Positions 9,494 through 18,459 of a stretch of 64,000 nt of DNA are shown here, piece by piece (within the stretch, counting starts at the first letter, position 1; every line of letters begins with the position of its first letter). The position numbers and the translations under genes are program-made. The stretch covers positions 25,352-89,351 of the forward strand of contig CAYTFM010000002.1 in NCBI GenBank assembly GCA_964436735.1, written 5' to 3'. Origin of the DNA: an uncultured Victivallales bacterium (GTDB lineage: Bacteria; Verrucomicrobiota; Lentisphaeria; Victivallales; GWF2-38-69). The notes under the pieces were generated by a model, which saw nothing but the letters and a program-made list of their open reading frames with translations, was not told the DNA's origin and did no database searches.

Positions 9494-10198
9494 ATGCGGC
9501 ACATGAGGAAAAAAGTAGCATGTCCGAGCGTCGGCGGGGCGCGTTTCGCCCGAATCGATCATGGGCGGAACGCCCGTTGCGGATTTCCTGAGTTCGTCTA
9601 TGGGGAGGGCAAGACTGTCGACCAGCTCGCGCGCATTGTCGATGAGATCGTGAAAAGCGGACAACCGGCATTAGTCACGCGGCTTTCCGCGGAGAAATGG
9701 ACGAAGCTGAGGCGGCGCGTCGCCGGAGGCGTCTATGAGGCGCAGTCGCGGACGCTTGTAGTCGAAAGCGGAAAGAAACCGAAATCCAGGGGGAAAGTGC
9801 TTGTTGTGACCGCTGGCACGAGTGACATTCCCGTCGCCCTTGAGGCGGCGCGGACGGCGGAACTGTGCGGGTGCGGCGTGGAGACGCTCTTCGACGTCGG
9901 CGTGGCCGGGATCCATCGACTTCTCTCGGAGGAGGGACGCCTCAGGTCGGCCGATGTCATCATCGCCGTGGCGGGGATGGAAGGGGCGCTGCCGAGTGTT
10001 GTCGCTGGCCTGGTTCCCTGTCCGGTGATCGCGGTGCCGACCAGCGTCGGCTACGGCAGCTCGCTCAACGGTCTTGTCGCCCTTTTCGCCATGCTGAATA
10101 GCTGCGCCAACGGCGTTGTCGTGATGAACATCGACAATGGATTCGGTGCCGGATGTGCCGCCTCGAGGATCATCAACGCAGGGCCCGCGCAGAAATAA
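9494..10198 (+). CDS. larB: Nickel-pincer cofactor biosynthesis protein LarB (AIR-carboxylase-like)
   Basis: RNARCGFPEFVYGEGKT, LVVTAGTSDIPVALEA, DVGVAGIHRL, AVAGMEGALPSVVAGLV.CPVIAVPTSVGYG and MLNSCANGVVVMNIDNGFGA closely parallel LarB. Confidence 0.88.
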   Translation: MRHMRKKVACPSVGGARFARIDHGRNARCGFPEFVYGEGKTVDQLARIVDEIVKSGQPALVTRLSAEKWTKLRRRVAGGVYEAQSRTLVVESGKKPKSRGKVLVVTAGTSDIPVALEAARTAELCGCGVETLFDVGVAGIHRLLSEEGRLRSADVIIAVAGMEGALPSVVAGLVPCPVIAVPTSVGYGSSLNGLVALFAMLNSCANGVVVMNIDNGFGAGCAASRIINAGPAQK

Positions 10199-10247
10199 AA
10201 TTGGCGTTGCCGATCCTTAGTGGTCTGGAACGTGCGGTTCAGATCAC

Positions 10248-12224
<1,977 letters not shown>

Positions 12225-12253
12225 TTTCTACCCTTATAGCGTGCGCGGTTTCT

Positions 12254-12730
12254 CTACAGAGACGTCGCGGTGACGTCAAGCTTGATCACGACCTTTTTGA
12301 CCGTCTCCGTGGTCCGGACGGCGATCTGCGGCGCATGAATGTCGTGCGGGAAAAACACGGCGAAGAGCCCAGGTCGCAGGAGCAATTCCGTCTGTCTGCC
12401 CTCGGAATCAGTGAGTGGAGAATGAAATTCGACGTCTTTTTCTGGATTGTATGAGACCCTCACAGGAAGCTCTCCGAGTGGATGCCAGAGAACAAGTTCC
12501 TCACCGCTCAGCAGCACCTGAATATCTATATAGCGGCGGTGTGATTCGGGGTTTGCGGCCACATGCGGTTTTGTCTCATACGTCATGATTCGGGCGAACA
12601 CCTTCTCGCCAAGAAGCTGACGCTCGCCATCGGCAATGTCGGGAGCAGCGGTCGTGAGAAACTCGAACGCCACACGCCAAGGATCGGTTTTAGCATATGT
12701 TTTCCAGTTCGCAATCGTATCGAAAATCAT
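12254..12730 (-). CDS. YhcH/YjgK/YiaL family protein (DUF386, cupin-like)
   Basis: ESHRRYIDIQVLLSGEE...LRPGLFAVFFPHDIHAP...VKKVVIKL parallels E. coli YhcH. Confidence 0.8.
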   Translation of the reverse strand: MIFDTIANWKTYAKTDPWRVAFEFLTTAAPDIADGERQLLGEKVFARIMTYETKPHVAANPESHRRYIDIQVLLSGEELVLWHPLGELPVRVSYNPEKDVEFHSPLTDSEGRQTELLLRPGLFAVFFPHDIHAPQIAVRTTETVKKVVIKLDVTATSL

Positions 12731-12841
12731 AAAGCATCCTTGATTGTTTCTGAAAATTAGCTTCCCATCTTATATATTCACGGTTGACCGAGAATTTACA
12801 AGGCAGGAATATTGCTTGCAAAAAAAGCGTGACGGGGTTAT

Positions 12842-12908
12842 GGTTACCTTTGGTAACGTTACTTGCGGTCCCGCAAGTGACGCGGCGGAGCTTTCCAGCA
12901 ACTCCGCC
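12842..12908. promoter_or_regulatory. Three consecutive palindromes or hairpins in the leader of the EPS regulator gene (candidate operators)
   Basis: GTTACC-TTT-GGTAAC spans 12843-12857. ACTTGCGG-TC-CCGCAAGT spans 12861-12878 (8-bp arms, 2-bp spacer). GGCGGAG-11 nt-CTCCGCC spans 12884-12908. All lie less than 90 bp upstream of ATG 12931. Confidence 0.35.
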
Positions 12909-12930
12909 TGCCGTTGTCACGTGAAACGCA

Positions 12931-13524
12931 ATGCCCACACTAGACAAAAACGAACAGTTCCAGTTGGAGATCCTCAAGCACGTCGAGGAAAGCCCGCGTC
13001 TGAACAATAGAATGCTGGCCACGAAACTGGGCTGCAGCGTCAAACTCGCCCACAGTCTCCTCAAGAAAATGGTGGACAGGGGCTTTCTTCATGTGAAAAA
13101 GCGGCATTCGCGTCGCTGGGATTACTTTCTCACACCCACGGGAATCACAGAAAAGGCGAAACTCACCTATGAATTCCTCGACTTCTCGCTTTTCTTCTAT
13201 CACGAGGCAAGGAGGAAAAGCTCGCAAGTCTGCCGCGAGATAAAGGAGTCGGGGAAGAAAACCGTGGGGTTTATCGGGGCCGCTGATTTGGCGGAAATAG
13301 TGTATCTTGGCGTGAAAGAATGGAACCTCGAGCTCGTTGACGTGTTCGACGATCAGAAAAAGACATTTCTTGGTCATCCGGTGGGCGCGATGGAGCGTCT
13401 TCCTGCATCTACCGCTGACGTTCTTGTCGTGTGCATGTATGATCCGAAATTCCCGATGGCCCGCGGGTTTCTCCCTGAGAACATTGCCCCGTTACCCCGG
13501 ATGCGCTGGTTATTTTGCAGCTGA
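12931..13524 (+). CDS. MarR-like winged-helix EPS-associated transcriptional regulator with a C-terminal Rossmann-like extension
   Basis: FQLEILKHVEESPRLNNRMLATKLGCSVKLAHSLLKKMVDRGFLHVKK...YFLTPTGITEKAKLTYEFL matches the MarR_EPS pattern (TIGR04176, from memory). It is the first gene of the co-directional glycan cluster. Confidence 0.7.
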   Translation: MPTLDKNEQFQLEILKHVEESPRLNNRMLATKLGCSVKLAHSLLKKMVDRGFLHVKKRHSRRWDYFLTPTGITEKAKLTYEFLDFSLFFYHEARRKSSQVCREIKESGKKTVGFIGAADLAEIVYLGVKEWNLELVDVFDDQKKTFLGHPVGAMERLPASTADVLVVCMYDPKFPMARGFLPENIAPLPRMRWLFCS

Positions 13525-13534
13525 AAGGTTATGC

Positions 13535-14680
13535 GTGAAGGTTTCACAGGTTGTTTCCGTTGTCTTTCCCACATACGAGCGTCCCGCCGACATGGCGGAA
13601 ACGCTCAGACGCCTAAGGGAAAGCGTGACGATTCCGTACGAGGTCGTCATTCTTGACAACTCGTCCACCCCTACCGCTTCCGGCAAAGATTTCGCCGACA
13701 ACGAAAGATACGAGTTTCTTGGCGAGAACCTCGGAACAGTCTCAAGAAATATCGGAGTGGAAAAGTCCCAAGGGACGTTCGTGCTAATGCTTGACGACGA
13801 CTCGCATCCTCTTCCCGGAGCGCTTGAGAAGGCGGTGGCGTTTTTGACGGACCAGCCTGACGAGGTGGTGGGGCTTGGCGCGCGCGTCGAGAGGCTCGAC
13901 GGAGGGCGCGAGGGGCCGCCACTGCTGCCTACTGTTTTTCATGGATGCGGCGCGCTCTTCCGGAAGGACGCCCTTGCCGTCTGCGGGACTCCATACCCCA
14001 AAGAGTTCGGATTCTACGCCGAGGAGTACTGGGTGGCGTTCCTGCTTCACTCCAAGGGGTTCAGCATCGGCTATACTGACGACTTCCGCGTGTGCCATAG
14101 GATGAGCTCCAGCGGAAGATCGAAAAAACGCATCCTTTTCCACCTGGTGCGGAACAACGACTGCATATGGAAGGCTTTCACGCCGGATAGATATCTCGAA
14201 GACGTGCTCTATGACACAAACCGCCGCTATGAGCTCATCGCACGCCACGAGGGGGTGCCTGAGGCCTACGCCGAGGCCAGGCAACAGCGGCTTGTCATGG
14301 GGGAAAGGAAGACGATGAGCGAGTCTGCCTTCAAGAAGGCAAGCCTCCTCAGTTCGTTCGAGAACAGCGTTTTTGGGCGCGGGAAACGCGCGGCGCGGTT
14401 CCCCAATACAATGCTTCTGTGCGGGGTCGGCAAATTCCCTTCCTTGTGGGCGAAGCACCTCCGCGCAGCAGGTGTGAAGGATGTCATTCTCTCCGATTTC
14501 AATAAAGCCTTGTGGGGCAAGGATTTCAACGGCTTTATTGTTGTCAGCCCTGATGAGGCGCTGATGAAGGCACAGGGAGGTGCCATGCCGTACGTGGGTC
14601 ATTCCTCCCGTGCCGATTCCGACACATGGCGGGAATTGCTCGCTGCTAAGAGCCTTACGTATAAGGACATCGTCTTATGA
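13535..14680 (+). CDS. Family 2 glycosyltransferase with a C-terminal Rossmann-like domain
   Basis: VSVVFPTYERPADMAETL...VVILDNSS...VLMLDDDSHP is a GT-A N-terminus with a DxD. I infer an in-frame GTG start at 13535 just after the regulator stop. The longer ORF from 13337 overlaps the previous gene. Confidence 0.8.
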   Translation: MKVSQVVSVVFPTYERPADMAETLRRLRESVTIPYEVVILDNSSTPTASGKDFADNERYEFLGENLGTVSRNIGVEKSQGTFVLMLDDDSHPLPGALEKAVAFLTDQPDEVVGLGARVERLDGGREGPPLLPTVFHGCGALFRKDALAVCGTPYPKEFGFYAEEYWVAFLLHSKGFSIGYTDDFRVCHRMSSSGRSKKRILFHLVRNNDCIWKAFTPDRYLEDVLYDTNRRYELIARHEGVPEAYAEARQQRLVMGERKTMSESAFKKASLLSSFENSVFGRGKRAARFPNTMLLCGVGKFPSLWAKHLRAAGVKDVILSDFNKALWGKDFNGFIVVSPDEALMKAQGGAMPYVGHSSRADSDTWRELLAAKSLTYKDIVL

Positions 14681-15231
14681 TGGCTTCCGGAACCGCGGCG
14701 AAATATGTCATTCTCGACCGGGACGGGACGCTCATTGTCGAAAAGAATTATCTCAGCGATCCAGAAGGCGTCGAGCTACTACCCGGCGCCGTCGAAGGAC
14801 TTCGCCGGCTTGCGGAGGCGGGCTATAGGTTCGTCGTCATCACCAACCAGTCGGGTGTCGGGCGAGGCTACTTCCCGTTGTCGGCCGTGGAAGCGGTGAA
14901 TGAACGGCTTGTGTCGCTGCTTGAAACCGAGGGAATCCGTCTTGACGGCGTGTATGTGTGCCCGCATGCTCCAGACGAGAAGTGCGCCTGCCGCAAGCCA
15001 CAGATTGGAATGATTCGAAAGGCGGCGTCCGAGCTCGGCTTCGACGTATCAGGCTGCTGGGTGGTCGGCGACAAGGCGGTGGATGTCGAACTCGGGAAAA
15101 ACGCTGGTGCGAAAGCCATTCTTGTCCGGACAGGATATGGCGCCAGCCTCGAGTCTTCTCTGCCTGTAGCTCCGGACGCGGTGGCCGACAATCTCGCTGC
15201 TGTGGCGGATGTGATCTTAGGGAGGAGGTGA
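14677..15231 (+). CDS. gmhB: D-glycero-D-manno-heptose 1,7-bisphosphate 7-phosphatase (HAD-IIIA)
   Basis: HAD motif I is ILDRDGTL. VVITNQSGVGRGYF is present. The Zn-finger insert is CPHAPDEKCACRKP. GDKAVDVELGKNAGA is present. An ATGA overlap joins it to the preceding gene. Confidence 0.85.
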   Translation: MMASGTAAKYVILDRDGTLIVEKNYLSDPEGVELLPGAVEGLRRLAEAGYRFVVITNQSGVGRGYFPLSAVEAVNERLVSLLETEGIRLDGVYVCPHAPDEKCACRKPQIGMIRKAASELGFDVSGCWVVGDKAVDVELGKNAGAKAILVRTGYGASLESSLPVAPDAVADNLAAVADVILGRR

Positions 15232-15236
15232 GCAAT

Positions 15237-15758
15237 ATGCCAATCTACGAGTTTCTCTGCGCCGACTGCAACAAGGTTTTCACCTTCTTCAGTCAAACGG
15301 TGTCGACAGATAAAACCCCGGCATGCCCGAAATGTGGGAGCAACTCCATGCGGAAAGCCCTCTCTAAATTCGCCATCTCCGGCGCCGAGCGGAAGTCGTC
15401 TGGCTCGAAGGTGAAAGAACCATCCGCCGGGGGCGACCGGACCGGCGACTCCGGAGCTGACGACAGGTTGTCCGATCCCAAAGTCGAACGGGAGATGATG
15501 CGACTGATGGAAGGCGCCGAGGGCATCGACGAGAACAATCCGCGGCAGCTTGGCTCCCTCCTGCGACGGATGTCCGATGTGACGGGAGAGAAGCTTACGC
15601 CCGGCATGGACTCCGCCATCCGTCGTCTCGAGGCGGGCGAGGACGTCGAGAAAATCGAACAGGATCTGGGCGGCGAAATCGAGGCTGAGATGGGCGAAGC
15701 GGGGCTTGGGGGAGCTTCCGGTTCCCCTTCATACGACGACAACGTTTACAGCATGTGA
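15237..15758 (+). CDS. FmdB-family zinc-ribbon protein with an acidic C-terminal tail
   Basis: MPIYEFLCADCNKVFTFF...CPKCGS is a CxxC...CxxC ribbon. An AGGAGG SD precedes ATG 15237. I reject the 93-residue N-terminal extension of the ORF. Confidence 0.8.
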   Translation: MPIYEFLCADCNKVFTFFSQTVSTDKTPACPKCGSNSMRKALSKFAISGAERKSSGSKVKEPSAGGDRTGDSGADDRLSDPKVEREMMRLMEGAEGIDENNPRQLGSLLRRMSDVTGEKLTPGMDSAIRRLEAGEDVEKIEQDLGGEIEAEMGEAGLGGASGSPSYDDNVYSM

Positions 15759-15768
15759 GGAGAGGAAC

Positions 15769-15972
15769 GTGGAAGCCTCTGCTGAGCGGTATCGAAGAAA
15801 CCTGGTGAAATCCTTTCAACTTATACGGGCCTGCTTCGCGCTCAAGAAGGCATATCTGAGAACGAGACACCCGAATGCCGACGAGACGATGTTGCGTAAA
15901 ATGCTTGCCGAAGGTGTAATGGAAAGAAAGGAAAAACAATGGAATTTGCGGATCTCCTCCTCGCATCCCTGA
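15769..15972 (+). CDS. Small helical protein, putative partner of the downstream nucleotidyltransferase
   Basis: An in-frame GTG at 15769 is preceded by GAGGAGAGGA. The 67-aa product (RYRRNLVKSFQLIRACFALKKAYLRTRHPNADETMLRKML) overlaps the next gene by 34 nt. Confidence 0.4.
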   Translation: MEASAERYRRNLVKSFQLIRACFALKKAYLRTRHPNADETMLRKMLAEGVMERKEKQWNLRISSSHP

Positions 15973-16415
15973 AGGACATTGCCGCCGTCTTCAATGAGGG
16001 GGGATTCAACTACTGTCTGGCCGGAGGACTTGCGGTCGGCATGCTGTCTACTCCCCGAGCCACTGAGGACATTGACCTGGTGGTGGCAATCGACAGGAGC
16101 GAGCGGCACGGAATCGAATCTGCGCTGAGAAGAAAGTTCGTCATTGTCCAAAGCAAGAAAGTTGTGGATTTCTCGTTTTGTCCCATCTGGCGTCTGATTC
16201 TAACGCGCGGTGAGGAGGTCGAAGTGATCGTCTTGGATCTGCTGATCGCTGAGAATGAGATACTGCGAAAAGCGCTCAAGAATCCAATCGTAATTGAAAT
16301 TGACGGTGTTCTTGTTCCCGTGGCCACCAGGGAAAGCCTGATCGCCATGAAGGAACCCTCGCAACGAGCGAAAGACCAAGCTGACATCGAGGCGTTGCGG
16401 CAAGAAACGCAATAA
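15939..16415 (+). CDS. Minimal nucleotidyltransferase-fold protein (MNT-like), paralogue 1
   Basis: The NTase signature is CLAGGLAVGMLSTPRATEDIDLVV (GG-x-A ... R-x-T-x-D-x-D). The C-terminus is LIAMKEPSQRAKDQADIEAL. It shares this pattern with 17318-17817 and 17986-18459. Confidence 0.65.
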   Translation: MEFADLLLASLKDIAAVFNEGGFNYCLAGGLAVGMLSTPRATEDIDLVVAIDRSERHGIESALRRKFVIVQSKKVVDFSFCPIWRLILTRGEEVEVIVLDLLIAENEILRKALKNPIVIEIDGVLVPVATRESLIAMKEPSQRAKDQADIEALRQETQ

Positions 16416-16444
16416 AGGCGTAAAACTTTTTAAGAAATAAAATC

Positions 16445-17308
16445 ATGAGCACCATCAAAGACAAACTGTCCCGATTCACCTTTCAAAAGGCGATCAAACT
16501 TCTTGGCAAGAGTGGCGAAAAGTTGCTGCGCAAGGGCGGCACCGTCGAGTTCGACATCGAGCAAGATGTCACCATCACCACAAAGCAGTTCATCGTGGAG
16601 CGCCCAGGGTGGGGGTGGGTCGAGATCGCCCTCGACCACCAGGCTCCCGGCGGCATCGCCATCAGTTCGAGCGCGGGGAAAGTCGTCTGCCTCGAGGTCG
16701 CCGCAGTCCTCTCTCTCATCCTTGAGGAGAAAGTAGCTTTGGGCCTGGCTGAACCACCACCGGAGGACGTCAAACCTGCCGAACACCTCTCACATGAGGA
16801 ACTCGTCGAGCGGGCAATCACTGAACGCAGAGACAAAGCCTTTGCGGAACGCATGGAGATGACCTCGTCCGATGCTGCCACGCCATGAGCCGACTACGTC
16901 GTCACCAACCGCCAATCCGGCAAAACCTACAAAGTTGCCCTCCGCGGCATGGACGAGCTCAAACGACGGCTCGAAGTGCTCCTTGGGACACCAGAGCCCG
17001 CCCCAGTCGACGCCAGCGTCAAAGCCCACGTCCAAATGGAGGTCGCCAAGAAACAGGATCTTGCGTCTGCCGGCGGGAAACTCGTCTCCGCCGCCTTCGA
17101 GTTCCTCGGCAAACTGGCACCGTCGACACCGCAAACGGCACCGCTCTCATCGCCGCTCTTCGACGCCCTCAAGGCCTGCGCCAGCACTGCGGAAAACGGC
17201 ACCATCAACCTTACCGTGTCGTTTCCTGATGAGTCCGCCCTCAAAGGCATGGCTGACGCCCTCGCGGGCATTCTCGCTCAGTACGGAACAAAAACACCCA
17301 GTGTCTGA
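16445..17308 (+). pseudogene. Remnant of an SNF2-family helicase with a SWIM zinc finger: N-terminal part fused to a C-terminal tail, interrupted by an in-frame TGA
   Basis: ORFs 16445-16888 and 16949-17308 are in the same frame, separated only by TGA at 16886-16888. Reading through gives ...SSDAATP(*)ADYVVTNRQSGKTYKVALRG. That is the segment that precedes the SWIM CxC motif in bacterial SNF2/SWIM helicases (from memory). The SWIM motif and the whole helicase core are missing. Confidence 0.45.
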
Positions 17309-17317
17309 TTTTGGAAT

Positions 17318-17817
17318 ATGACAGAAAATCATTTCCAACGAATCCTGCAAGACATCGCTGAGGGATTGCGGGCAAAACACGTTAAGGCAATTCTGATGGG
17401 TGGCGGTGCTTTGCCCATTTACGGCGTGGAAAGAATGACGTTTGATCTTGACTTTCTTCTTGATGAAAAGGCATTGCCGGTTTTTGCCAAAGTAGTCTCG
17501 GGTATGAGCAAGTCTTGAGAACTATCCAATATGCGAAATTCCGTCATCCGGACGGGGACGCCTTGGACATTGACGTCGTCTTTGTTGACAGCGAAACTGC
17601 CGAACAGATATGGGATGATGGACAGGACGCCCGCCTCGGGCAGGCTATCTTCCATTGCGCCTCACTTAATGTCATGTTGTCAACCAAACGCCACGCCATC
17701 AATTTCAATCTGCAGCGCAGCATCCCCAACCGGGCTTTCTTCCGGCAGCGGCGTCTATCCGAGCGGACTCCCGCCCCTGTTAGATTCGTCTACACTCCCC
17801 CTGGAACCTTCCGATGA
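17318..17817 (+). pseudogene. Minimal nucleotidyltransferase, paralogue 2, frameshifted
   Basis: ORF 17318-17518 carries MGGGALPIYGVERMTFDLDFLL and stops at 17516-17518. The continuation (GYEQVLRTIQYAKFRHPDGDALDIDVVFVD) is open in another frame from 17467. A 1-nt indel therefore lies between 17467 and 17518. The C-terminal KD..D motif of the paralogues is not recognisable. Confidence 0.55.
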
Positions 17818-18011
17818 AAAAGACGGTCAGAATTGGCACGGTTGCGGACCACGAACGCTTCAGGATCGAAGATTGCCGTAAAATGACGCCAAATGAACGA
17901 GTGATGATTGTCTTTGATTTGCAGCGCAGATTTTTTCAATTAGACCGGTATCCGCTTACAAGGGTGGTGTCAGTCAGATATCTTTATGGCAAGACGCAAA
18001 CAAGCAAATAA
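17814..18011 (+). CDS. Small protein, putative partner of the downstream nucleotidyltransferase
   Basis: The product is 65 aa (…DCRKMTPNERVMIVFDLQRRFF…RVVSV). An ATGA overlap joins it to the preceding ORF end. It overlaps the next gene by 26 nt. Confidence 0.45.
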   Translation: MKKTVRIGTVADHERFRIEDCRKMTPNERVMIVFDLQRRFFQLDRYPLTRVVSVRYLYGKTQTSK

Positions 18012-18459
18012 GCTGTCTAAGGACATGCGGGATTTTTTGAATCTCTTGAACTCGCATGAGGTCGAATATCTTGTGTGCGGGGGGCATGCGGTCGGTTTCC
18101 ACGGGTACCCAAGGCTTACAATGGACTTGGATGTTCTTGTCAAACCGACACGGCAGAATGCGGTCAAGGTCATGGCTGCTCTTAAAGATTTCGGGTTCGG
18201 CGAAGCAGGGATTGACATTGTCATGCTCCTACGGAAGGGTGTTGCCATCACGTTGGGCTCGCAACCCAATCAAATAGACATTCTGACTTCTATTTCAAAG
18301 AATGATCCGCCACGTCTTTTCAACAACAAGGTCTGCGGAGTTCTTGACGACATCCCTGTGGGATTTGTGGCAAAGGATGACCTCCTCCGCGCAAAGAGGG
18401 CGGCGGGGCGCGCGAAAGATCTCGCCGATGTCGAAGAATTGGAGAAATTTGGTCGATGA
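17986..18459 (+). CDS. Minimal nucleotidyltransferase-fold protein (MNT-like), paralogue 3
   Basis: FLNLLNSHEVEYLVCGGHAVGFHGYPRLTMDLDVLV is the NTase signature. The C-terminus is LLRAKRAAGRAKDLADVEEL. Confidence 0.7.
   Translation: MARRKQANKLSKDMRDFLNLLNSHEVEYLVCGGHAVGFHGYPRLTMDLDVLVKPTRQNAVKVMAALKDFGFGEAGIDIVMLLRKGVAITLGSQPNQIDILTSISKNDPPRLFNNKVCGVLDDIPVGFVAKDDLLRAKRAAGRAKDLADVEELEKFGR

Noticed and set aside
9494-10198. larB as part of a nickel-pincer cofactor operon.
   Set aside because: No larC, larE or larA-like genes are adjacent. The neighbours are efp and a histidine kinase. This appears to be a stand-alone housekeeping gene and nothing more can be said from this window.
12731-12930. 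A JUMPStart/ops (GGCGGTAG) antitermination element at the head of the polysaccharide cluster.
   Set aside because: The 8-nt ops core is not present in the leader. GGCGGAG at 12884-12890 is instead one arm of an inverted repeat.
13337-13534. N-terminal extensions of track ORFs: 13337-13534, 14958-15236, 36156-36257, 40481-40729, 42070-42264, 45369-45524, 47034-47102 and 53765-54127.
   Set aside because: Each extension overlaps the preceding well-supported gene in another frame. Downstream in-frame starts with SD sequences or start-stop overlaps give proteins that begin where family homology begins.
16886-16888. The in-frame TGA might be recoded (selenocysteine or a Trp reassignment).
   Set aside because: TGA is used as an ordinary stop by many well-defined genes in the window (for example at 567, 14680 and 22803). 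No SECIS-like hairpin is evident just downstream. The flanking protein also lacks its whole catalytic core, so decay is the simpler explanation.
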